Shown: positions 39,291-55,133 of the stretch, piece after piece
How the letters are laid out: each line of letters starts with the position of its first letter
Numbering within the stretch: the stretch's first letter is position 1
NCBI RefSeq assembly: GCF_026210795.1
Contig: NC_089432.1
Span: forward strand, 558,001-622,000
Origin: Rhizophagus irregularis
Taxonomy: Eukaryota
Reading direction: 5' to 3'
Length of the DNA stretch: 64,000 nucleotides
The notes under the pieces: generated by a model
Told to the model about the DNA's origin: nothing
What the model saw: the letters and a program-made list of their open reading frames with translations, nothing else
Databases searched by the model: none
Position numbers and translations under genes: made by a program

Positions 39291-41185
39291 TAAGTTCAGC
39301 GATACTGTCACGTGCAAAAATACGTCAACGGCATAATTTTTAAACGGGGAACGACAATGGTAGAATTTTTGAGTGGGGAGGAACAAAATTTTATCCGATA
39401 AACAAAATGTGACGTCAAGAATAAGATTAAGATTAAACGTGTTGGTTTATGATTTGATAATCATATTATTAATCATGATCACGTGATATTTACGTAGCTC
39501 AACAACAGATGTGCAAGCGATATATTATTTGTGGGATCGTCAATTAGTGCACGTGCCTGTTACGATTATAGTATTTTATCACCATAATTAGAAAGTTAGG
39601 TACCAACACCCTGCACATTTTGCGCGAGTGCGTACAAGAAGTAAGAAAAGAAGGGGGAAAAGGTGGTGCGTTTTATAATAATAATTCCGGCCCAAAAATA
39701 AAATCAATTTTTTTTATACGTTATAAATGATCGGGTTTCCAAAATCCAAACCGGTTATTAATAAGGTAACTTGTAATCTAATCTACCTTGGAAAAAAAAG
39801 TTGAGAATCATTATAAACATAATAATGAATTCAAAATTTTTGAAAAATTCTAATATTAATGGAAATTAAAAAGACCGTAACCCGACTAACCCGCGGTTAA
39901 TTGTGTAACATGTTGATCATTTTTATTTTATTTATTTTTATTTTTTTTTTATAATATTTTATTTATTTTTTTATCATAATTATTTCATGATAGGATAAAA
40001 TTCAGAACTGTGTATGGAAGAAAACATTTCCCGCGGATAATTATTAGAGTTAAAAATTTTATATGGCAAAATTATCTCAATTTAACAATAAATAAAAAGT
40101 ATTAAATATAAATAATGATTCTATATTAAATATTTTGAAGATCGTGAAAATGGGTCAATGATTATCAAGTAAGGGGCATTTTTATTCTTTCACAATTTTA
40201 TCAAAAAAAAAAAAAACCAGTTAAACTATAAATATAAATAAAATGATCGAATTAATGTGGTATTTTTAGGAAAAAGTTTATTTCATTTATTTCACACATT
40301 ATTATTTGATGTTTGCTGCCAATCAAAAATTTGAAACAAATGTACATTAAAACCTTAATAGTATGAGTTCCAAAAATGAAATATTCGGAATAGTAAGTCT
40401 TTTTTTAGAAAAAGAGAAAAGAATGAAATAACAATGATTCTAACTACTAAAATAAATTTATGATATAATGATTTTTATCGATTTAGGGATCCGATTATAG
40501 TATCTTTATTCTTAATTCTTGGCACTATTTCAACTAATTGAATATTCTATGATATTTGATAAATAAAGTTAAAAATTAAAAATGGTCCCTTAATTAGCAA
40601 TAAGAACTTTATTCGTTTATTAAATGTACTATTACCGAAGAGGATTAAATTGATGATCATTTTATGCACAATTAGTAAGATATTTGATCCGGGATAATTA
40701 TAATTATATAAATTAAGATTAGCTTGTTGTACTACTATTTTAATAGAAAATATTCTCTTCGCATATTTATTTATTTTTACCCTTGAACTTTTTTAACAAA
40801 TACGAGGACAAATCGCAAAAATCATACAAAGCCACAATTCTGTTATTTTTAGTAAATTGAACGATTTAGTCAATGAAAAAAGAAATAGGGAGTTAATTAT
40901 TTAAATTAGATGACACGATAAAGTCTTTGTTTGTTAAAATAATAATTGCGTTATGTTCGTAATGTAGCATAACGTCAAGAAGCATATTAATATGGGGGTA
41001 AACAAATTTAATTCACGTTCATAATGTAGTAAAATGTCGAATGAAGTAAATAAACTGAAAGGAGGTGCTTAAAGAAAAAATTGTCCTCGATTTTTGTATA
41101 AAAGGCTTCAAGAATTCTCTTCTTTTATGTTTTCTCACCTTTTAATTTTAAGGTACAATTAATAATAAATTTCAATTTATTAAAA

Positions 41186-43342
41186 ATGAAATTTAATATT
41201 AAGAGGATTTTAATCCTCTTTATCTTATTATTTGTGATTGGATCAGTAGCAATCGAAACAAGCGTTCAAACCGTTAGTGGGGATAGTCTTCATTTGAAAG
41301 ATTATACTAATGAAATTCAAAATCTTAATGAACCATACAAATTTATTAAAACCGATTATTTTAAACCCATTACACATCTTTCTTTCACTAATAAACCTGT
41401 AACTCGTTATTATCAATTGACATTGAAAAAAGTTAAAATGTCACCTGATGGTTTTGAAAGACCTGTTTGGAGTGTAAACGGTCAACATCCTGGTCCACTC
41501 ATTCAAGCAAATAAAGGAGATAGACTTGTTTTAAATGTTACAAACAATTTTGATGATCCAGCAAGTATGTTTGTTTATAATTTATAATTGTTTATATTAA
41601 TACTTATTGACATATTCACAATTCAATTATTTTTAGCTATTCACTGGCATGGTATGTTTCAACATGGTACAAATTGGTACGACGGAGTTCCAGGACAAGT
41701 AAGTAGACAATTTTTATATCATAGTTTTCTTTTTCTTTTTTTTTTCGGATTTTCTTTAATAATCAAAAAATAATCCCGTTCGTAATTAGACTCAATGTCC
41801 AATTCCAAACGATGTTTCTTTAGTCTATAATTTTAGTACAACCGATCAACATGGTACCTACTGGTATCACTCTCATTTTTTTGCCCAATACGTTGATGGT
41901 TTACGTGGATCACTTGTGTAAATTTTGATTTTTTTTTTATTAAAAAATGAATTATACATATATACTTATTGCTAATAATTTATATTTTTAACTCGATCAA
42001 AAAAAAGTGTTCACGACCCAGATGATCCATATTTAAATCAATACGATTTTGAATACCTTGTCGTGTTATCAGATTGGCATCATAAGTAAATATTTTTTCT
42101 TATAATGAATTTCAAAATTTGTTATATATATTTTTCTTAAAAAAATTATTTCTTTATTATAGTACAACTGGTGTTCTCTTACCACTTCAGGACGCTCCAG
42201 GTTATAGTGGTCTTCGCCCTATTCCAGATTCTCCACTTATATCCGGTCTTGGTAGATATAACTGTACCGCAGCTCCCCCTGGATCCAAATGTAAATCTAA
42301 TCAACCATTAGCCGTATATAATGTTAAAAAGAATAAAAAATATCGTTTCCGTATAATCAATTCCTCGGCAGATGGTGTTTTCGTCTTCTCTATTGATCAA
42401 CATAAACTTAAGGTTATAGAAGCGGATGGAATATATCTTAAACCAACCATAATTAAAAAATTACCCGTTGCCGTCGGTCAACGTTATTCCGTAATTGTTG
42501 ATGCTAACCAACCAGTTGGAAACTATTTTATTCGTGGAACTCTCGATAAAAGATGTACTCCAATTAATAATGCAACAATTAATTTTAATTCCGCTATCGA
42601 TTGGAATGGTCTTGGTATACTTCATTATGAAGGTGCAATAAATAAACCAAATTCGAAAGAATTCGATGATGATTTTACTCCTTGTCGTGATCTTGACAAA
42701 AAACATTTAAACCCTATTAAACCTATCACTAAATATGATGGTCATGTTACTGATTTTGTCAATATTACTATTACGTTCGGAAGGGATAAGAATCAAAGAT
42801 TAAAAGCTTTAATTAATAACTCTTCATTCGTACCTCAAATGAATGATCCAACGGTCAATAAAATTACAAGAGATATCGATGCTAAAGATTTACCAAAAGA
42901 ACAGAATTCTGTGATTTTTAATCACAATGGTGGTATTGCAGAAATTTACGTAAAAAACAATAACGGTGCCGATCATCCATTCCACATGCATGGTCATGTA
43001 TTCGCTATAATGTATGTTGGTGAAAAAGGTGAAGTCCATGATAAAAGTAAATATAACAAGAGAAATCCTGTCGTTCGTGATACTTTAACTATTCCTGGAA
43101 ATGGTTTTGTGGTTATTCGTTTCATCACTGATAATCCTGGTGTTTGGGCTTTCCATTGTCATATTGAATGGCACGTCGAACTTGGTATGGTTTTGGGAAT
43201 TATAGAACTTCAAGATACTTTGAAAAAAGAAACTATACCGGAGGATGTTGTTGCTTTATGCTTAGAACATGATCTTCAAAAGAGGACAACTCGAAAAATG
43301 TTAAATTCAATTGTAATTAATGAAATTAGAAGTTACGATTAA
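41186..43342 (+). CDS. Secreted multicopper oxidase (laccase-like), five exons
   Basis: Hydrophobic signal peptide. Copper motifs HWHG, WYHSH (exon ~41790-41917), HPFHMHGH and [12 protein letters not shown]. Four GT-AG introns. No C-terminal transmembrane helix. Confidence 0.93.
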
Positions 43343-44494
43343 AAATTAGTCAATAGATATTTTAAAAACTTTTTAGATAAAATAAATCAGTAATAATAAT
43401 AATTAATAATAATAATTTTAGTACACTGTTTTTTTTTTTCTTTGATTTCACAAAAAAATTTTTCTCGCATTTTATTTTTTTCATTAGATAACAACTGAAA
43501 CTTTCAATGTATCACTACTGCATAGTAATATATGAGATAACTATCATTTTAAAATAATAAAATTCGTTTAAAATTCTTATAATTTTATAATATTTTCGTT
43601 AAAAACTAGTTAAGCGATTAAATGAGTAGGACAATTTTTTCCATTAACTCGCCATTATTAACTGCGGACAGTATAACAATATTGTGCGATTTGCCACTAC
43701 TTCTTTATGCGTAACAAATTATTGATATACTCGTGAAGTTTAATAATCATTTGATTTTCACGGCGCAGCTGCATAACTAACGGCTGCATGTGACTTATTA
43801 ATTCTGGCCAGAATTATAAATTAGGCCAGAATTAAATTTTCGAAACCAAAAATAAGTGATCTTAAATTTAATAATTTTCAAATAATTTAAATATCGCTAT
43901 AAGTAATAAATAACGATAAAAGTTTTTGGTAATAGGAACTCAATGTCTTAAATTATAAGAAGTAACTAAAGAATACAAAATATAAATAAAACTCTTAAAA
44001 CTTCTGAAATGAGGTGATACTGTAAAATTATAAAAGTGAAAGACTGAAAAATAATTCCGAAAGTTAAACTCAAAAATCAATTATTGAAACTTTGAAATAT
44101 CTACATATTCTACACATTCAGCACCATGTTGTGAATCTATAAGAGGTTATATATTAAAAAAGAATGTTCAATAAGGGTGATGGTGCGAACTACACTTCAA
44201 TCCCTGCCAAAGTCAAGCGTAGCACTGAATAATTGCATCCCAATACATTTAATGCATTAAGAGGAGTATCAATTTACGTGAGAAGTTAAATTTCAACCCA
44301 TATTCAAAAATAGTTCTCAGAACAACACATGAAAACATGACATTACTAATAATAATGAGTAATAATATTAACATGTTTCGACTGCTGCTGTTTCATGCAT
44401 TTATTTTTGGGACAACTATTTCATATTTGGTTTTATTACCATAATTAAATTTATAAAAAAAAATATAAAATATTCAAAAAGATACACTAAATTA

Positions 44495-45377
<883 letters not shown>

Positions 45378-46907
45378 TTCGTTGTTAAGAGAAAAAATTA
45401 CTGAAATTGATATTTTTTTCGCTTTTATTTTTTTATTGTTGAATCCAAATTTAATCACCAAAAAAGAAATTTACTATAATCAAAAGGTTTCATTAGGCCA
45501 TTATAATGCACGTTAAATAAATAGGTCAAATAGTCAATAACAACTATTTTTATTTTCTGATTCCAAAAATGATATATTTTGGATTAATAATTGGTTTAGT
45601 GATACGACTGATACGCGTCTAAAGCCAAGTTCGTTCACGTGATCATAAGCCAATTATAATGTCTGGCTATTTATAGTGACCAATTAAGGTACGTGATTGA
45701 ATACGCCCCTTTTATAACTAGTTAGTTCTTAAGATTTACATTGTTGTAACAAAAAAGTTGCCGTTTGAAAATAATATTTTTATAAACATCAAAATACTTT
45801 GTTCTATGCTTTATATATATATTTATTGACTTATCACCATTCTATTAAATGTATTTGCAAAAAAAAACCTCGTCTATTTGCATTTTCTCCCTATAATACC
45901 TTATAATAAATATATTGGTAATATACATTTAGCAAAAAAAAATATATCAAGAAGCAAGTATTCTTCTTCATGTTATTGGATATAATTAATTAACCACCTA
46001 ACTAGTGATTTCACTATAATATGCGCGATAATGGTATGTTTTTTTTAATGGAACATACACCTTTATTGTAATATAATAAACTGGTCATTTTATTCATTTT
46101 ATGTAATCATATTAAAAGCATGTCACTTTTCTTTACCATAAAAAATGATTATAACTAACATTTGAAACCTAATTGAGGAACAAAATTATTTTTTAGAAAA
46201 ATGTATAAAATTTTAGTACATAATAAAAATTGACATGAAATGTTAATGAAAAAAATATTAATAGAAAATATCCTTTTGAAATTTCTGTTCACTGAACTAT
46301 CTTCTATAATTATTAAAAATTGTCATGGCAATTTTTTCATTACACACTGTAAATGTTAATTAATTATTTCCTTTAATTTCATCAGTATCATAATTATAAA
46401 AAAAAAAATTGGAATGGAAAATGTAACAAGAAAGAAGGATAAATTTTTACATGTTATATTAATTAAAATATAAAGTTGTATCTATTTATTAAAACTTAAA
46501 TTCTAAATTTTTCTATGAAAACTATTATTAGACCAATATTTTTTAATTCTAAACTAGACCTATACTGCTATGGCCGCCTATTTGTGGGCTTCAAAATATA
46601 ATTAGTTGTAAATGTATAGTCAAATAAAATACTTTTTTTTAAAAATACCCAATTGTTTTATTATTCTTATTACTTATATAATAACTGTTCACATAATTTA
46701 GGTTTGTTTATGACATAGGAAGTGGTCGTGATGTTATTTGTTCTTTACTGTTATTTTACTTTTATTAGAAAAAGTTTAATACATTACACCTAGTGATGTT
46801 TAAAACCCTATATCCATCCTAATAAGCACAATAAAAATTTAATGTATAACAGATAACTGACATACTCAACTTTTGTAATAGGATTAACTAAAGGAAACAT
46901 AGTCACC

Positions 46908-47200
46908 TTAGTAGTGAACACGCTGGGACAAAGTCCATGTCATGTCCACAAGTGGCTTTAATATCATTTTTGCCCAAATGAACTGATATTTGCATTGTGA
47001 CTTAAATGAAATTTCAGGGACTTGGCCCCATTCTGATAATTTATTCAGAATATCATCATGTAGCCAGGCTGTTGGTATGTCATAAATCAAAATTGTATGC
47101 ACTTGACCTTTTTGCATCTCATGAATTACATTGTTGTTCATGGTTAATCTAGTGATCTTGCCCTTTTTATCTTTGATTCCATCTGTGTTATATCTAATGA
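46908..47200 (-). pseudogene. Fragment of a family B ORF1-like gene
   Basis: KGKITRLTMNNNVIHEMQKGQVHTILIYDIPTAWLHDDIL...WGQVPEISFKSQ closely matches the central part of the 34761..36095 protein. Confidence 0.85.
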
Positions 47201-50200
47201 AGTTGGTGTACAAATGGGCTTTGATGTAGATGTGCAACTGATTGATTATTGAGATCACCTTCCTATACCTATGGATTGATCACATTTACATTTACTAATA
47301 TATGCACTTGTGATTGCTCTTTAGCCTTCTCTTTATTCTGTGGCTGTGGCTGCTGCACCTTAGATCATTTTTGGGTGAGAGAAAGAAGATGATGCTATTT
47401 GTTCTAAGGAAGAATATTCTTTAGTTCCACTTTCTATTTTGGTCAGGTGATTTATAACATATATTTGTAACATTATTAACCTAAATTTTACAATAACTTT
47501 TTTTTTTTTAAAACAATGCAAAAATCTTGAAATATCTGCTATTTTAGTTATATTTGTTTCATGTTTATTTTTGATTGGTACCATTAGTGATGATGGTTAT
47601 GTTGTTTGTGTTGTTGAATTCTTTTGTATGAGAGCAATTCTTTATTCTATAACAGATTTGAAGATCCTTCATTATGTGAATCAGTTTTTATTCATGGAAC
47701 TATAATACTATTATTTGATTTTATTTTTGCTGATATTAAACTGAAATTCCAAAAGTTCACAGTACAATTGATCTTTTGCAAAAAAAAAACACTTCTATTG
47801 TACTATATATGAACTGTTAAACTTTCCTTCCTTTTGTTAATGCATTCTTGAATCATCCATTTGATAGGTGAGTTAAATTTATAGTAAATGGAGTAAATTG
47901 ATCCTTAGATAAATATGGGTTTTACTTGTATTTGTAAAGTATGTTCACTTTCTGTTAATTCTGCATGCCTAAAGTCTTTCCATAAAGTAGTACAGTTTGT
48001 TATATTATAAAAATATCTTCCTTATCAATAAGAAGATGTACATTACTTGTAATAAAGACCAACTTGTGCTGTTAAAAATTTTCTGTAACTAATAAATATC
48101 CACTCCATTCCCTTATCTTTTTCTCCAATACTTTGTTGCTCAATAATTCTTTCATTTAATGTCTCATTATATGTTGCAACTTCATTATTATATTTCATCT
48201 GCTTAAAAATTCTTTCAGCTATTTTCGCAACTTCATTATTACTTTCAGTTGAGGTCGTAAATACTTGTTTTCATGTTACTAAATGAATTACATTTTCTTC
48301 CTTAAGTGATGATGTTACTTCAGATTCATCATTTAAATCAATGTCTGTTTCATATATTAATGTCATACAATTGTAAAACTTATATATTTGAAATGTATTC
48401 TTATTATCATCAACTCAAGAAATAGCTGTGCTTTTTTGCAAGATACCATTAGAAATAATGGCTACCTCTTATTGGTGTCATGTAACAACTGATACAATTA
48501 AAGATTATGAAAGATGGTGAATACAAATTTATTTAATACATTAATATCCTTACTTTTTTTTAATGATGGTTGTGCTTGTGATCATAATCAAACAATCATT
48601 TTTTCTTTGCAGATGCAATAGACACAAAAAGTATATATATGATAGATAGTTGTAATGTTTGTAATTATAGGTATATTATTTGCCAGTTTAGATTAGAATT
48701 TTTCGTTATATTAGGAATTGTTTTGTTATTAAGATTGTTTACCGATATTGCTAAACATTGCTGTAGCAATTCCTTAAGCACTTCTTGATTTTTCTGTAGC
48801 GATTCCTTAAGCACATCTTGATTTTTTGTGGTGTGTGCTTCGATTATAGTTGCTATATTATTGTCAGAAATTATTTCATAGTACAATTATTATTATTATC
48901 ATCTACTTTTACTACTTTTACTTTTCTTTTCTAACATTATATTTTTTATCTGTGAATTTTGTGATTTATATGATACTATATTATGTGCACAATGACCTTT
49001 AACAATTCATGTCTTAATTTATAAACATCTTGTCTTACAGCTGATCAATACCATGATTATAATAAGAAAATTAATATTGAAAACCTTTATTATTCATTTC
49101 TTTTGTATTTTTAAATAATTCATGGGTTATAGAATTTGGTAAATTAAGTGCATTTTCTAAATTGTTGGCAAGCTTCCATAAAGAATCTTGATTTTACAGT
49201 TTATTCTTCTCTAATTAAAGCTATATCACCTATATATTCTGATAATAGCATTGTAAGATAATCTCTTTCAGCTTGTATAGATGATATTTGTTTTTTTAAA
49301 TTTTCACTATCCATACAATTCCTACATATATTTTTATGAAAGAATAGTCACATCAATTATCAAATATTTTTCACAACTGCTCATAAAAATGGAAACATTA
49401 AAAATTAGAAAGAATACCAGAAACTGGTAACTACTTGACCTGGTCATTATTTTGGTTTTGATGAAGCTCTTGAAAAATTTGATGTAATGTTTATTTGCAA
49501 AGCTCTAAATTCAGTACAGAGTTCTTGTTTAGACCTTGACTTTCTTTCTTACTTTATCTGCCACTTCCAAATGTTGTTCAACAAAGGTCTTTTTAAACTC
49601 AACTGCCAAATTTTGGTTGATGTTGTTTGAATGTCCAGGCAATTTTGGCAACTCCAGAAAGCTTAAATATGTAGTATAATCAGTTGCTACGCATAGTGGC
49701 ATCATAAGGTACTGCCCGTACTGGTTACTTCCTTTTCCAAAAATTGGCATAAACATAAATGATTTTTGTAAATTTTGATCATCAATAGCATATGATAAGA
49801 AATGGTTACAAATCTTGCATAATTACTTTTCCAGCAACTGGAAAAAGTGGAGAAAATGCCAACAAATTTTTAAATTGCATATTATAATCCTTAGCTAAAC
49901 TAATAACCCAACAAAATCATAGTACTATACTTTTAACATATTATTTATTATTATCATATTCATATTCAATATTATCTATAGTTTTACCTTTTTGATACAA
50001 GTATTTCATATTACTATGCCAACAGCTATTCCAATTAACTCTAATACATAATAAGTAGCTTGGTAATCAATAACTTTTCCAATTTATTTTAGTATGAGAA
50101 TCCAAGATTTGCAGCTAAGTTAAAAATACCATATCCAGAAAATATTGTTATTAAAGCACTACTCATCTTTTGAAATATGCTATTAACCTAAAAATAATCT

Positions 50201-51528
50201 TGCATTATCTTTTTTTCATGATAGGATATTAATTATCTAAAAATTACTTCTTCATAAGCGATATCTAAATAATTGTTATTTGAAATCCTTACATCATTAT
50301 AATACATTTCACATGTATATGATTCTAATGGCAAATCACAAACTTGTAAATTAAAATAATAATCATATAATGTAAAATATGCTTCATCATCAATTCTGGC
50401 AAGCAAAGTTCGAATTAGAGGAAAAATTGTAAACATTTTGGATTTTCTCTTTTATCTAAAATTAAAGCATTTGGCCTGATATATTTTTGTCTTCATCTTA
50501 GTCATTTGAATATTTAAATTTGTACACCTTTCCAATAATCCATCCTAAAGATGCAAATAATCTTTCAATATTTTCATTATTTTCATTATTGCTTTTTCTA
50601 CACATGATATAAATTTTTAAGTAATAGAAGTAAGTGAACACTCACCATCTGTTCCACCCTTTTAAAAATTCTTTGTGATTTATAGTTCTTTAATTAAGGC
50701 AAAGAAATTGTTAAATTCTTTTTTAATAATTGTTTACCAAGATTATAAATAATTATATATCAATATTCAGTAATAATTCTAGTAATATTTTTATGAATAA
50801 ATATCTTGATTACTTTTTTTAAAAAAACTTTCAAGTAATAGAAGTGAGTTATGAATTTGAACTACTTATTAATTCATAATTTTCAAAAAATTTTGATAAA
50901 TTAATTTCTTTCAAAAATTCTTAGTAATTTAAGGTTTCTTTAATTTCCTTCATTTTTTTTTTTTTGATAATAAAAGAAATACAATATGTTAACCTCTCTT
51001 CTATAATGATTATTATCATCATTAACTTTTAGTATTTATAAATAATAATTAATATTTGTTTTAAAGTTCTTGTCTTTAACTTTAAATCCAACTAGACCAA
51101 AATTCTTTTGCTGACCTAATATGACATAAAGTCCCAAAGTTCATTGCAAAAGAATCCAATGGATAGCCTATAGAACTAAAAGCACCTAGATACATTTTCG
51201 CCAAATCATCTAATATTCACACCCAAAATTTCTTTGATTTGATTAGATCTTTATTTGTCCTATGTTTTGTAGGAAAAATGAGTATGTAATGTTAAACAAG
51301 TATTTCAATCTAATTTCTTTTTTTTTTAATTTTTTTTTAAATATTTAGAAATTTCAAGGAATTTGGTTTAAATGAATTTAAATGAAATTTAAAATAATAA
51401 TTTCATTAAGGATGAATGTAGAAGTACCACCAAAAGATCACAAATTGAGCTTTTGTGGCTGTTTGGAAATGTAAATTTCTTCTTTTAATCTCTAATATCT
51501 TTATGGTCAGTAAAAAAATAGTCTTAAT

Positions 51529-51852
51529 TAGAGATGCTGGGCGAAACTGAAATATTTAGTCATTTGATGAAATTGAAATAGTTTAAACATTTAAAATTAA
51601 AAGTTGAAATCAATATTTCATGGTATTTCTATAAATTTTTCATAAATTTCCTTGAATTTTTCATAAATTTCCTTGAATTTTTAATTATAAATAATTACTT
51701 AAAATTATATATTTTTATAATAAAACTATAATTTTATATAATTAAAATTAAATTAAAAATTATTATTATATAGTTTAGTCAATGATGAAACTGAAACTAG
51801 TTGGTGATGAAACTAAAATTTTTGGCAAAAAGAGTTTAGGCAGGCATCACTA
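51529..51852. mobile_element. Old hAT-type MITE
   Basis: Termini TAGAGATGC...GCATCACTA. 8-bp TSD GTCTT(A/G)AT at 51521-51528 and 51853-51860. GATGAAACTGAAA-like subterminal repeats. Confidence 0.7.
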
Positions 51853-53035
51853 GTCTTGATTATTTACTCTATCTCCAGACAATCAGTTAGTGTATAATCA
51901 TTACAGCTATAGTACATTTTGTCATTCCTTATTCTTATTGGTTATTATTTGTGAGCTTATACATGGTTGAGAAAATAGTTGATGTCTGGTAAATTTGCTG
52001 GTTAGCCAAATGTGAGTGTGATTGATATTTAATTTGTTATTTATAAATATAATATTTTTTTTATTTTTAAGGAAATGTGAGAGAAGAAATTTAATTTATG
52101 AGCAAAATAAAAAAATTGCCAAGATATATAACAATAAGGGTGGCTTAAATATTTAGTTATGGCTTTGATTTTTGTTCTATATGTGGCTTTTTGTAAGAAG
52201 AAATCTTCTATAGAATGCCTATTATGGCTTGGAACTAAAATAATATTTTCTAAAATGATTGTTATCATATGTATTAAAAATAAGTTGAGAAAATTAAATC
52301 AAGTTATACAGTCTAAAATAAAGCTGGCAGCACAGCCCTGGTGAGGCTGTTCTCAAAGTTATAATCAAGTTATTCAGTCTGAAAATGAAGCTGGTAGCAC
52401 AGCCCAATGAGTTCATTATGGCTGTTCTCAAAGTTATTGCTGTGTTAATTTGAGTCATGTGAAAGGTTTGTTGTTGCAAATCAAATTTCAGTAAGAGTAT
52501 ATTGAATTTGCAAAAATCAAATTTTAGGTATAATAAAATAATAATTCTTTATGATAGTAATTCAAAAACAAATATACTTGATCAACTAATGTAAAATATA
52601 TAATGAAAATATGTATTTTATGAGTCCGGTAATTTCTTAAAGGGAAATGCCATCGAATATTGCAGTACAATTAAGATTTTTATAAAGTAAAATACTAGTT
52701 TATTAGACAACCCTATAAAAAAATGTTGGAAAAAACTCTGATAAATGATCATTTTTCTAGGTTTTTTTTATAGGAATTAAGCTTGACAATTAACAGGAAA
52801 AAAAACATAGTCTCAAGAAAATCATAACCATTGGCAGATGAGCTAAATAATTTTTTAGTATTATTTGCACACAATATTATTGCTAACAAGAGGTTCAATC
52901 ATAGTTCATTGGAAGAGCAGGTGGAAGTAATTTGATAGGGTTGAATTTTTTTGAATATCATTAATAAGTATGGTATTATTAATAAAGTAAAAAGTTCAAA
53001 GTTCAAGTAAAAGGACCTGTTAATATAATAATGGC

Positions 53036-53196
53036 TCCAGTAAATAGTTTTTGTATAAATTTATACCAAACGGGCTCATTGGCTCGAAATTAGCTCAAAT
53101 TTATGCAAAAAATAATCCAAATTTAAGCCAATATAGAGCCAATTATATATGGATGAGCCCATTTGGTACAAATTTATACAAAAACTATTTACTGGA
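53036..53196. mobile_element. Palindromic MITE, ~160 bp
   Basis: 44-bp inverted repeat TCCAGTAAATAGTTTTTGTATAAATTT... with two mismatches. The TSD is unclear. Confidence 0.75.
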
Positions 53197-53720
53197 ATGG
53201 TATAATAGCTTTGAAACATATGGAAGAAGGATCTGTAATAAAATATAATACTTGAATTGAGGAATCACATAATTATTCAATAAGTCACATTGATCGCATA
53301 AGAAAGATATAAGGTTTAAAGTTCAATTCATTATAATGTTTTCTACAGATCAATTTTTTGTGACTTACTAAGCGTTGTATCCTTTTTACAAATTATTTAT
53401 TAAGAAAACTCAATATACAGTAATAGCTCATTTATTTATTTCCCTAAATTAACAATTAACATTCTAATTTATTTTCAAATAAAAAATTACAAGAAAAATA
53501 CATAATTATCACTAAAATACTTTTCAAGTAAGTGAATTGGAAAGTATAGTACATATATGCCATATTAATAATAATTGGTGTTATTAATTCAATAAGATAT
53601 TTTCAAGTTTCTGGATCATAAATGGTATATGGTATATAAACATTTTAGATTTATTGTTAATTACATAATTTCATATTATCTTCAAAATAAGAACTATATA
53701 ATAGAATATTAGACTCTAAA

Positions 53721-54635
53721 TCATTCTTTTAAAAGTGCTTTTAATTTATTTTGAGCATATTCATATCCTTGTTCGGCAGATTTCTTATACCAAAAAATTG
53801 CTTGATCAACATCTTTATTAATTCCATCTCCACATTCATACATTAAAGCAAGATTATATTGAGCTATATCATTTCCTAAATTTGCTGCTTTTTGATATAA
53901 TTCAATTGCTTTTTGTTTATTAACATCAGTTCCAATTCCATTATCATAACAACATCCTAAATTATTTATTCCATGTGAATTTCCCAATTCTGCCGCAATA
54001 TGATATAACTCAAATGCTTTCTGTGTATTAATGTCAGTTCCAATTCCAATATCATAACAATATCCCAACAGATTTATTCCACCTGGATATTCTTTTTTTG
54101 CCAACACCTTAGACAATTCAAAGGTTTTACCAAGATTATTATCAATATCATTTCTATCCATGTACAAAATAGCAAGGTCAAATTGAGCTGAATTGTTTTC
54201 TAACTCCGTTGCTTTTAGATATAATTCAAATGCATTTTGTTTATTAACACTCATTCCAATTCCATGACAATTAAAATATCCAAGTAAATAAATAGAATTT
54301 GAATTATTTTGATTATTTAAAAGCCAATTGCAAATTTCTTGTAAAGTTATATTAAGATTATTAATACAATCAAGAATATGTTGTTTTCTTTCATTTTTAT
54401 CTTTTCCTTCATTTACCTCTTTAAAATAAAAATTTACCAAATCATCAACTACTATACTTAAATCTTCTTCAAATATATTTTCATGAATATTTTGAATTGT
54501 AGGACCAATTTCCTTTTTATTTATTTTATCAAAATTTTGAATAAAAATTTGTGATAATTCTTCATATAGTTGCTGTTTACTTGGTAATTTTGGGTTTAAT
54601 TTGTAACATTTATTAGTTTTATTATTATTGGACAT
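53721..54635 (-). CDS. Sel1-like repeat protein, 304 aa
   Basis: SLR units; paralogue of 7207..8181. Confidence 0.9.
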   Translation of the reverse strand: MSNNNKTNKCYKLNPKLPSKQQLYEELSQIFIQNFDKINKKEIGPTIQNIHENIFEEDLSIVVDDLVNFYFKEVNEGKDKNERKQHILDCINNLNITLQEICNWLLNNQNNSNSIYLLGYFNCHGIGMSVNKQNAFELYLKATELENNSAQFDLAILYMDRNDIDNNLGKTFELSKVLAKKEYPGGINLLGYCYDIGIGTDINTQKAFELYHIAAELGNSHGINNLGCCYDNGIGTDVNKQKAIELYQKAANLGNDIAQYNLALMYECGDGINKDVDQAIFWYKKSAEQGYEYAQNKLKALLKE

Positions 54636-55133
54636 TGTAAATGATAAATAAAAATTAAGGAAAAAAATTTTAATTTGACGAGCAATGCATTTATATTATT
54701 TATGGTAATACTGCAGATCAATTTTCTGCAACTCTTTAAGCCACCACTTACGTCATCGATCCTTACGTATGCAAATCATTTTTTCTTTTAAGCAAAATTT
54801 TTTTATAAACATTTATTTATTTCTTTAATTTTCAATATCATATTGTAAGCTACAATTATTAAATTTTAACAGATTTTAAAGAGAATAAAAAAAAATTTTA
54901 GACTATTAGAATAAACAAATAACTTACAAGAAAAATAAATAATTAACACCGAGGGATTTAAATAAACGAGGATGAAAATATGCGTAATAAATGAAAAATT
55001 GATGACACATTTCGTATTTTGAGTCTATATTTGGCGTCATTGATTTCATTTCAACAATGATATAAAAATATTATAAAATGACTAAATAATGAAGTTAATA
55101 TAATAAAATATAAATATAAAAATTAAAATTTTG

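Noticed and set aside
47300..52500. Short ORFs in a CpG-poor region
   Set aside because: No recognisable domains; probably highly decayed TE or gene remnants.
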